A stretch of 64,000 bases of DNA from Octopus vulgaris (Eukaryota): NCBI GenBank assembly GCA_951406725.2, contig OX597836.1, positions 38,006,001-38,070,000 on the forward strand. Direction: 5' to 3'. Of the stretch, positions 31,343 to 43,300 are shown piece after piece. The position numbers and the translations under genes were made by a program. Positions within the stretch are counted from its first letter, which is position 1; each line of letters opens with the position of its first letter. Below the pieces are notes generated by a model that saw only the letters and a program-made list of their open reading frames with translations, had not been told where the DNA came from and did not search any database.

Positions 31343-34300
31343 TATATACACACACACACGTGTGTTACAGTCTCTTAATACCTTACTGTTTTGTTAAGGT
31401 GCATTTTCTCATGGGTGTATGGGTCTTCTGTAGCACTACATATTGCCAATTAGTATGGTCCTTTGTTGCATCTCCCTGAGATGTGACATCTCCAGGTTAG
31501 CCTTTGCCTCTTCATATCAAGTCTTCCATAGGTTCCACTAACTTAGCTTATACACACACACAAGGAAAATTAATTTCCTTCTGTCAGATTAATCTCAGAT
31601 GAAATACAATTAAGTAATCGCCACAGATCTTTGGGATAAGATTAAGTATTAAAGTTTTAGAGAAAGATTTATGTAAGATATTTAAAAATTTTGAATATAA
31701 ATGTTAATAATTCATTTTAAGATCATATATTAAATTTATTACATAATCAGTTCCTTTTGTATCAATACATTACAAAAAATTGTTTTTATTAAAAGTATGA
31801 AGTATATTTTATTTTGTTTCTTTTTGTTGCTGAATATATCATACTTTGCTATTTTGTAATGAAGTGTATTTTATCGTAAGAAAGTTTAGTAGCTATAAAG
31901 GTCAGGTTTTTAGCATATCATCATCATCATTCCACCGCCACCCATTAGTTTCAGTTAATCCTATATGATCTTAGCAAATTTTCTAACATTTAGTCTTTTT
32001 TATGTATTTCATCTACAGATAATACACAATTTTTAAAATTTGATTTGTTTGAACAATCATTTAACAAAAATAATGAACGTGCTTTAAACATTGTATTTCA
32101 GCCACAACACCGAGTGGTAAGTCCATGTTTTATTTTAATGCTTAATGACATTTATAAAATTTGTAAAATTGATTCTTCTTTGCAAATTTTAACAGCTCTA
32201 AAGTGAAAGCTTTGTAAGAAGTAGTAAACACTGTTGTGGTGTGTTCATCTAATTTCAGTTCACTAGATTTTTACTGAATGTTTAACAGTTTTATGGAATA
32301 TTCCTGGAATATTTTGAAATTTTTCTTACCAGTGTTTCATTTTATCTGAGGACTTGCCATGAAATATTTACAGTTACATTCTATTTCACACTACTCTTTG
32401 AATAACATTAACTTTCACTATGTTTTGGTATTGTTTGTATTGTTTTGTGGAGAATTTAACTAATTTTCAAGCAGCAGATATACTTACTGGATATTCTTCT
32501 TCTATGTCCTATGCTCTCAGAATCCACTCCAGTTGTTCTCTGACTGTTGGTTTACTTAAAGTATTTAAACATTGTACTACACATATTGATACTTCTCTAT
32601 TATGTAGAGATTAAGTTATATCAACATATTCCTTATGATATGTATTGAAATTCAAAGCAAAGTCTATTACTCTAGGTGTAACACTCTATACATATTATTC
32701 ATTTAGTCAATCACTAAAAAATAGCAGCTTCATAGTTTATAATTTCCAAACATTTCTTTTAATATTAGCTGCTGATTTAGTGAATTTATGCTTATTTTGG
32801 TTTTAAATCCTATGTATCTTGTATTTCAATAACAAAGGAGGTGTTATATTAAACAGTTTTATATAGCATTAATAATAATAGTCGTGTTAAAACTAGTATT
32901 ATGAGCTAAATTGTTCAACTTTTTCTAAGCAATTTTGAAGTTGAGACCCATATATTTTAGATAAACCTTCTTTGTTCTGATTAAATGCAAATTGTTATTA
33001 ATGCTTGTATGCAAAAGAATTAGCAAAATTTCTAGAAACCCTTAAAAGACAATTCTATAAATAAAAAGTAATGTGCATGCATGTACACACACTAACACAC
33101 ACAAACACATACACACACATACACTACATTTCATGTAGAGTATTTTTGTAGGTTTATAGCTCTTAATGTTTACCACTAATAACCAGACGTTTCCTATAGC
33201 TAATAATATCTATTTTTGTGATTATTCATTGCTGTTTCAAAAATAAAGCAATACTTTATTTTAAATGCACCTGCTGAAAACCATTTTCTGTTCTTAGCAA
33301 AGAATTTGAAACATGTTTTTTTTTTATTCAACAATTTAATGAAAGTAATCTTCAAATTTTCTAAATCTGTTTCATTCTAAGCTACAAATTTTACTTACTT
33401 TATCCACCATTTGTTATTTCAGTTGTTACGAGACCAACTGGTAAGTTTTTGCATTAAATCTTAATTTTATCTATTTGTTAAAAAATCAAATCCTTTGTAT
33501 CCATGTCTGTTTTTTTTTGTCTACAAATATGTTATTGGCATAATTCAACAGTATTATGACTTATAACATATATATATATAATTACTTGCACATTTTATTC
33601 TTAAATTTTTAAGAAAATAGACCTGAAAGTTAATATTAATTACATGAACTATACTCCAAATATTTTCATCAGACTTGCATTTGCTGTTGGTGTCATACAT
33701 GTTTGATATATTCTAATGATTTCCTCATTGTATATCAACTTGTGCTTACATAACCAAATAAAATTGCAGAAAATAAATTAATAGCAAATGTATAATAGTA
33801 TTTTTGGTATCATATAAAATATTAAGTATAATAGTTTTTTGTAATATAATAGCAAAAGACAAAAAAAAAAAAAAAAAAGTAAAAAAAAATCTACCTGAAT
33901 ATATACCATTTATTTTCTAATCATTATGAAAATTTGTTTAATATGCAAGTGATAAATTTCTTTTGAAAAGAATTCTGTTAATCAGTTTTGTACATTGCTA
34001 TGATTAATATGAATTTTATACTTTAAAACTAGACAAATGAAAAGAAAATTGATATCTCAGTATAATTTAAAGTAGGTTATCTCTTTTTATCTGTTTTTTA
34101 ATCTGATTTTACTGGAGTAAGTAAAGAAGTAAAGAGAATTTTTTTAAAAATGTTTGAAGAAAAATATGCACACAAAACATGGCACACAGATGGACTTTTT
34201 CCTCAAAAGGTGAGTTTATTTCAGGGTAACCGCAGCGGTGGTAGCTTATAAATAACTGAAGAAACTAAATTTATTTTACAGGGAACTATGTTGCACATTT

Positions 34301-37300
34301 TTTTTTTTCTTTTCAATGGAGAATTTCATTATCAATTTCCAACAATAAGATTATTTGGTTTAAATCTGGATCATATAACTTCTTCAATGCCCCTTGCTAT
34401 AATCACATATCTCTCCTCACAGATCTCAATGCCTGTATCGAACAACATTCAGTCTGATGACACTGGGTGGCAACAAACCACCTTATCTATCAATTATGGT
34501 GGCCTCAGTCTTTGATCTTCAGTCTCATTGGCCTTGTCAGCTTTTCTCTTGTCAGTGATCTTTTGCAATGTCCTCATTAACATAGTTCTTCACAACACAA
34601 TGGAATCATCTGTGATCAGGAAATGTGAAGTGGCTCATGTGACATGGATCCAGCTTGGCCTGCACTCCACTGACATCCAGCTCCTTCTCCCCTCTATGGA
34701 TGTCCAGTCCTCTCAAAAGAAATGGGATGCCATTTAGTGTGGCATGACCGTGGACAAGTTAGTGTACCTACTTGACCAGTACTATCTGGTATGTTTCCAC
34801 TCGGCCTCTGAGCCTCACAGCCCAGTTAGGCTCAATGTAGTGCCCTCACTCACAATTGGCATGCACTCAGCTCAATGGCAACTGCTTGCACATCAGCGTG
34901 TCCCTTAGGCTTGGTCTCCACTGCTTGTCAGGCTGAGAAAAAAAAACTTTGAAGGTATCAGTCAATTTCTGACAGGTTTATGGTTGAGCTTGTGGCAGTT
35001 GAGCCCTCCAATGTTCTTGGTGTCCAGGCCATATCCCTGTTTGCTACTATTGGGGCAGAGATTGCTGTCAGCAAGTGCGAGCCCTGTTAGTCTTAGTGGC
35101 TGTTCCAGCACATCTCCCTTGCTATCATCCAGGGCAATGTCTTTTCCATTTTGTCTGTTGGTGCCATAGAAATGTTTCTATATTGTGAGAGGCAAGATTC
35201 TTTCTATTTGAGTAAGTCTTAGCCGATTACTTCTCCAGGGGTTTTTAAAAGTCAAATAAAGTATCTTCTTTCCGTCTCTTATGCTGATTAGATTTTTTTC
35301 TCTGTTACATTTTGAAGTTATCATAGTCTTGGTCTTAACATTGTCTGTTTAAACCTGTTTATAATAAATTATTTTGCATCAAATTTATCAAATAAAATAA
35401 TTAAATTCCTTTAAGGGAATCAAAATATAACTGCCTCAGAAGATATGCTAATTTTTTTTTCTGGTTCTTTAACTTAAGAAAGAGTTCTAAAATTGATTAA
35501 TGCTGGCTTATTGAGAAATAAAAATGTGTTTGTTTTATGAAAGTAAGTTGGGTCATAAAATGTTCACTGTATTCTTACTAGTTTCTGTCATTGAACTGTG
35601 ACTAAGTGACTCACTACATTCAATAATGAAATAGTTCAAAGTGAAATTTCTATAAATGTGTGAAATATGAAATAGCTGCATATATTGATTTATTATAGTT
35701 GTTAAAAATATATATTCTGCATTTGGTTCCTACATAGGTTTACACCATCAATATAATCCTTCCTTCCTGCCTTTCTTTTTTTTTACAAGTTTACTACTGT
35801 GTTGCAAATACTTAATGTCATTCAAGTTTCTTGCAGTAATTTGTAACTACTACAGTCATTTTGTGTAGTCTATGTCTATTAGGAGGATAATGTTTTGGTA
35901 CTTCGTAAACTTTTTATCTACCACCCTTTTTATTTTACTAACAGTTTTTTAATGTACATGTGTGTAATATCAGCTTGTAGTGGAGTAATCTAGTTCTGGG
36001 TAATATTTTTGACATGGGTGAAGTACTTACCACAGTAATACCATATTATAAGCAAATATTTGGTGCATCACAAATTTACTTTAGTTATAGAGCCAACCTT
36101 TAGAATGTGGCTATGATGGTATTCAGGTTCATAATTTTCATGTTTTATGTATTCTCCCATAATTACCATTTGAATTTTATTTTAATATTTCAAGTTGTAT
36201 TTTCTGTAGGTTTACATACACACTCGTGTGTGTGTGTTAATCATCATCATCATTTAATATCTGCTTTTCATGCTGGCATGGGTTGGACAGTTTGACTGAA
36301 AACTGGTAAACCAGGGAGCTGCACCAGGTACCAATCTGATTTGGCTAGGTTTATACAGATGGATGCCCTTCCTAATGCCAACCATTCTAAGAGTGTAGTG
36401 GATGCTTTTTATGTGCCACCAGCACTGGTGCCATTGATATGATACTGGCATTGGCCACGGCTACAATCTCACTTGGCTTGATAGGTCTATACAAGCATGT
36501 ATATCACCAAAGGTCTTGGTCACCTGTCACTGCCTCCGTGAGGCACAATGCTTGAATGGTGCCTTTTACATTCCACCAACATGGATGCCAGTCAGAGGGC
36601 ACTGGCCATGACTATGATTTTATTTGGCTTAGCAGGTCTTTTCAGGCACAGCTTATCACTCAACATTTGAAGGGTACATTTTATGTGCCACCAGCATGGG
36701 GGCCAGTCAGGCAGCTCTGGTATCAACCATGCTTGAATGGTGCTTTTTACGTGCCACTGGCATGGGTGCCAGTCATCCATCACTACAATTTCACTTGACT
36801 CAACAGGTCTTCTCAAGCACAGCATATTGCCTGACACTTGAAAGTTACTTTTAAATGGGCCAGTTATGCGACACTAGCATTGGCCATGGCTACAAACTCA
36901 CTTGGCTTACCAGGTCTTCTCAAGTACAGCATATTGCCAAAAGTCTCTGTCACATTTTGATTTTTCTTTTAAATTACACTTTAGTTTATTATTTATAATT
37001 TACCTGCATTGGAGGTATATATTCAGTTTTATACCTGTTCATATTTCAAAATGTATCATTAATTGATGATGATGTCGGTATTATTGTCATTGCTATATAT
37101 ATATATGTATGTATAAATATATATATGTATATGTTAACATATATTTATACATATATGAATATATGTGTGTATATATATGTATGTATATTTGAGAGGTACA
37201 AAGTTGGAGTTTCTGTAGCAGTTTGCTGGCACCACTTTTTCCTGTCTTATGAGGGCATTTTTACTTGATCTTCTAAGCTACTTTCACAGCCATGCTCCTG

Positions 37301-40300
37301 TTTTCACAATTTCTTCATGTATATATACAAAACAAAAAGTAAAAAGGCAACATATGAGGGATAAGTTTTAATAAATATTGTATTCATTTAATGCTTAAAA
37401 AGGAGTAGAAAGAGTCATATATGCTCACAACTCAGGGTATTAAACTAACTTTAGAAATTCTGTGCCACCTTTAATGCACATATGGAAACATTTTGAACTT
37501 GTCTTTTAAATTGCACTTTAGTTTATTGTTTATAATTTACATGTATATTTACCTGTTCATATTTCAAAATGTATTATTAATTGATGATGAGGTCAGTATT
37601 ACTGTCATTGATATGAATGTGGGAAACAAGCAGTTTCTTCTAATAATACATTGACATTTTTTTATAAGTTCATATTTGAAAAAATGAATAAAACAAAACA
37701 AAAGAAGAATGTATAGTTTGCCACTATACCACCACTTTTGTCCTGAGTACCTATATAAAATTTTTCACTGCATCCCAAGAGTGTAGTGGCACTCACTTTG
37801 ACATGTTCTATTACAGAATTTAATATTAATTGTACTGTCATTAGAAATTTACAAATATCATGTTCATGGAAACCACTCACTGAAATTAGCTTAATGTGTT
37901 TATAATTTTGATTTATGTTTAAGAATACATTAGTTATTCTTAAGATATTTGAAATACTTTTTAGCTGATTCTCATTAAAATCTATATTTGTTCTATGATG
38001 AATATGCAATTATTTTGTATGTGTCAGTGTTAATTGATGGCTACCTCCCTATTCTTTAGGTCATTGCAATGCTGCTGAAGTAGATATTGTGTTCATTCTG
38101 GATTCTTCAACTAGCGTTACTGATGTGAACTTCAAGAAAATATTAGCTTTTATGAAAGACTTTCTATTGGATGCTAGTATTGACTCGGGTAAAGTGCGCG
38201 TAGGGGTTGTTATTTATAGCACTTATGTAGAGGTGCAGTTTCATTTGAATCGTTATAAGTCAAAGCATGATATTCTTGATGCTATTGACAACATCCGCTA
38301 TATGATTGGAAGCACACATACTTATAGTGGTCTGTACATAGCCAGAACACAGATGTTTACTGCAGAAAATGGTGACAGAGCTGGTGTTCCTAATGTCATT
38401 TTCCTTATAACTGATGGTGTTTCTAATATCAATGCAATGCGAACAATACCAGAAGCTGAGGCTATTCGTGCAGAAAACATCCATATTTACGCTATAGGTA
38501 TAGGCCTTACAAAGACTAGTGAATTGAACCAAATTGCATCATCTCCAGCAAGCGCTAACAGTTTCACTGTGGAAGATTTTAATGAGCTTCAAGGCTTAAA
38601 GCACAAAATATTTGAATCATTCTGTCCCGGTACGTATATCACAGAGAATCTCTACTTGTTGCCATTCTCCTTTTACATGTTGGCCAACATTACTAAATAG
38701 TGTGTCTTTATCATCATATGAACTACAGATGTATTTTTGTTCCGTTGAATTTCTTTTGTTAGTCACATGTCATTGCATTCATCAAACTGTGATTTGAGTT
38801 CCACTAGTTTTGGCGTTTGTATTTTATCTATTGTCTGTACTATTTGTTGGTATTTGTTGACTATACTTGTTTTGATATATTCTTCCTTCAGTTATCAGAA
38901 AAAGCAACAATATACTTTAGCTATTATTAATCTTGAATAGAAATATGTGGCTTTCACAAGAAAATAACACGACACATCTTATAGATTGTTTTGTCATGGA
39001 TATACCATTTAGATATAAACAGGAGTGGAAAGAATTGTATTAGTAAGAATATGTATGTGGTATTTCCTATGTATTTTTGTAGGAGATTGTTACCTATTTT
39101 TACTAGACTTCTTGCTGTTCTTCAGTTGGAGAAAATTAAAAGTGAACACAAGAAACATTGACATTTGAAATGAATATTCAAATGATAGGTTTCATTAACG
39201 GAATCTTTATAATTGATTTATTCATATTTATATACATTTTTTGTTTGCGTACAAAATGGATATCTTCTAGGGATAAGTACTTAATTCTAGAGCTTTGTAC
39301 TGTGTTAGAGGTCAGTGGGATTTGACATATTTAATAGTTCTGCAAAGAATGGCCAGATTCTGAGATGCATTTTAAAATTGTTGAGAATATTTGTTTACTA
39401 AGAGAGATATTCAGTGACAATAAACACTTGATTTAGAGAAGTTGTGAGTGACCTGACTGCATGCTATGCTAGAAGTTGGGGGAAGTTACAGGTTTGATGA
39501 TATTTTAATGAAAGAGTAGTAATGAATGGAATGGCTCAGCATCAGACATGGTTTGTACAATGTTCGAAAACTGGAGTTTATAATGTGAAACTCGAGGATG
39601 TTAACTTTATTTAAGATTTTCTATCGGATTAGTGTATTGACCCAAGAAATGTGCAAAAAAGTGGAAAGGTTTATTGCTTTGACATAGGTGTAGAACATTA
39701 AAAGGATCAATATAGTTTCGGGCATATTACACTTGATGCTATTGACAACATCACCTGTATGTACAGAAGAACAGGTACATGTGAAGGTCTGCACATGGCC
39801 AGAACACAAATGCTTATGCTGTGAAATTGTGATATACATAGTGATCCTGATAACATTTTCCTTATAACAGATGGCATTTCCAACATTGATACATTGCAAA
39901 CAATACCAGAAGCCAAGACTCTTCATACAGAAAACATCCATAATTATGCTATTGGTATAGGTCTTTCAGAAAATACAAAACTCAATACAATTACATTATA
40001 TTCACCAACAGGTAAAAGTTTCACTGTGGAAGATTTTAATGAATTTGAAGGTTTAAAGCATAAAATATTTAAATCTTACTGTCCTGGTACATTTATCATG
40101 CAGAATTTTAAACCTATTGTCATCAGTGTCGTCATTATCATCATATCTTTTGGTGTCAGTAAACAGCAGGAAATTGCAGCATTATTGGTCATACACGTTT
40201 GCTGTTTTGTATCTCATCTGTCTCCTTAGTCAATTGTCTGTGCAGTTGTGCAAGCTGCAATTCATGTTTACTAGATTGACATTTTTGTATTTTCTTTATT

Positions 40301-43300
40301 GTCCAGTTGAATTCCGTTAGTATTTAATATGAATGGCATGTGTTGCTCTTTGTTGTTTGTACAATTGTTCTGATATTTTCCATGTGCCGTGAAAAAGAAT
40401 ACCAAACAGTGGGTTATTTTGATTTATTTCATTGAATCTTTAAGAGAAATAATTGACTTTTAAAAGAGGTCCTGATAAAGCATCTGCAAGAGTATAATGT
40501 TACGTGTGCTTATATGTGGTAATAAATGCAAGTAGAAACAATTCTATAGTGATGAAATATTGTTGTCTATTGTTTACATGGTGACACTGAGTAAAGTTTC
40601 CAAATTGAAATGGAAGCTTGAGACATTGTGTGTTGGATATTAATTCACAAAAAAGATGGTAAGAAAAAGAAATACCTATGAATAAATGCTGCTTTAATGA
40701 GCAATCTGCAAATACATGCTACTTGACAAACATTAAATGATAACAATGTTGGTGAAAATTATTGAATTATAATAACTGTGCTGTGTTTTAATGGACATTA
40801 CATTTTGTGATTGGATATTTGAATTTTTTCATGTATTTGAGAAATTCTGCTTCATTATGATATCATAGATTGAGTAAGGAAATATCTGTGTGGTGTTTTC
40901 AATGTTGTCATGGTTGTGTGGGTTTGGTTTTCTATGAGTCTATTTTAGATCATACATGTTATGTTTCTGGAATAATTTTATACTTTCCTTGAAATTGCAT
41001 GAGGATAATGATAATTATCAATATGTATGGAATTGACAATGATGTTTGACATTTTTCTTGCCTTTTTCCACTTTACAGTAAGGCCCAAAATAACGGATTC
41101 ACATTCGAAGCCACCTGGTAAGACATTTCGAATGTATTGCTTTTGGTTTTGTTAGTCTAAAATTAGATAGTTTGTGTGTAGGGATGTAATAACAATTACT
41201 AAAGTAAATAAGTCCTAAATAAGAGAAAGTGTATCAGAATGTAGTTGTTAGTGATCGTTCATTTATGTGGTTATAGTGTTTAGGTTATCTTCTTGAATGA
41301 ACACCTATGTTAAATTATTATGTATGTGTCAGTGTTAATTGATGGCTACCTTCCTATTCTTTAGGTCGTTTAGGACCTATTCTTTAGGTCCTTAGTCAAT
41401 TGTCTGTGCAGTTGTGCAAGCTGCAATTCATGTTTACCTGGTTGACACTTTTGTATTTTTTTAATTGTCTATTTGAATTTTGTAAGTGTTTAATATCAAT
41501 GACATTTGTTGCTCACTGTCGTTTGTACAATTGTTGTGTTATCTGCTGTGTGCAATGAAATGGTATGTCAGCAGTCTGTCATTTTGATGTTATTCATTGA
41601 ATCTTAAAGAGAAAGAATTAACATAAACTTTTAAAGAATACTTGGCATCATCATGAGAATAATGTTATGTTTGCGTTTATGTAACAATAAATGTAAATAG
41701 AAATAATTGCATAATTATGAAATATTCTTGTATGTTGTTCACGTGGGGACACTGAATAGAGTTTGCAAAACGATATAAGAAGGAATAGTAGCAGTGTGTC
41801 AGTTTGATGTTTTTCATTGAATCATAAAGAGAAATCACTGAGAAGAAAGAATAAGATGTATTGAATTTTGTTAGTATTTAATATGAATGATATTTGTTGT
41901 TCTTCCTTGTTTGTACATTTCTTCTGATATCTACTGTATGCGGTGAAAAGTTGTTGCAGCAGTGTGTCCTTTTGCTGTTGTTCATTGAATCTCATAGGGA
42001 AATAATCAACTTTAACAAGAAACAACATAGTATGTTGAGGAATACATTGCATCCGAATGAGTATAATGTTATGTGTGCGTATTTGTGGCAACAAATGCAA
42101 GTAGAAACAGTTGTATACTTACGAAATACAGTTGCGTGTTCTTCAGATGGTGACACAATAAGTAAAGTTTGCAACACACGGAATAGACATTAATTCACAA
42201 AAAAGATGGTTAGAGAAAAAAATACTTATGAATAAATGCTGCTTTAATAAGCACTCTGCAAATATCTTCCACTTGACAAACTTCAAAGTATAACTATCGA
42301 GTTTACAGCTATTGAGTTATAATAATTGTGCTGTGGTTTATCTGTCATTAAATTTTGCCTTTGGATATTTGAAGTTGTTCATGTGTTCAAAAAATTATGA
42401 TTCATGACAACATCATAAATGGGTGATGAAAGTTCTGTGTGGTGATTTCAATGTTGTCATGGTTGGGTAAGTTTGGTTTTCTAACAATTTGTTCTAGATA
42501 GTAGATGTTACTTTGTGGAATGGCTTTATATTGCAGTTTGTTACTTGAAATTGAAATGGTATTTTCTATTAGTGAAAATAGATTATTGTGTATAGACACT
42601 TGATTGTCACTGTAAGTTATTTCGAATGTATTGGTTTTAGTTTTGTTATCTACTGTAAATTAAGCTAGGGCCCATGTAAAAATGTAATTGCAATTACTAA
42701 AGGGAATGAGACCTAATTAAAGGAATGTATTTGTTAGTGGTCTTTAGCTTGTGCGATTAATGTTTATAGGTGTATAGGTGTTGATGTTCAATGAACCACT
42801 ATATTGAATTATTATGTATGCGTCAGTGTTAATTGATGGCTGCCTCCTTTTTGTTTAGGTCGTTGCAATACTGCTGAATCAGACATTGTGTTTGTTCTGG
42901 ATTCTTCAACTAGCGTTACTGATGCAAACTTCCAGAAAATATTAGCTTTCATGAAAGATTTTCTGTCGGATGCTAGTATTGACTCGGGTAATGTTCGAGT
43001 GGGGGCAGTGATTTATAGCACTGATGTAGAGGTGCAGTTTCATTTGAATCGCTACAGTTCCAAGCGTGATATCCTCGATGCTGTTGACAACATTGCCTAT
43101 GTGTATGGAAGCACAAATACATATGGAGGTCTGCACACAGCCAGAACACAGATGTTCACTGCAGAAAATGGTGACAGAGCCGGTGTTCCTAACATCATTT
43201 TCCTCATAACTGATGGCGTTTCCAACGTCAATGCTTTGCAAACGATACCAGAAGCGGAGGCTATTCGTGCAGAAAACATCCATATTTACGCTATAGGTAT

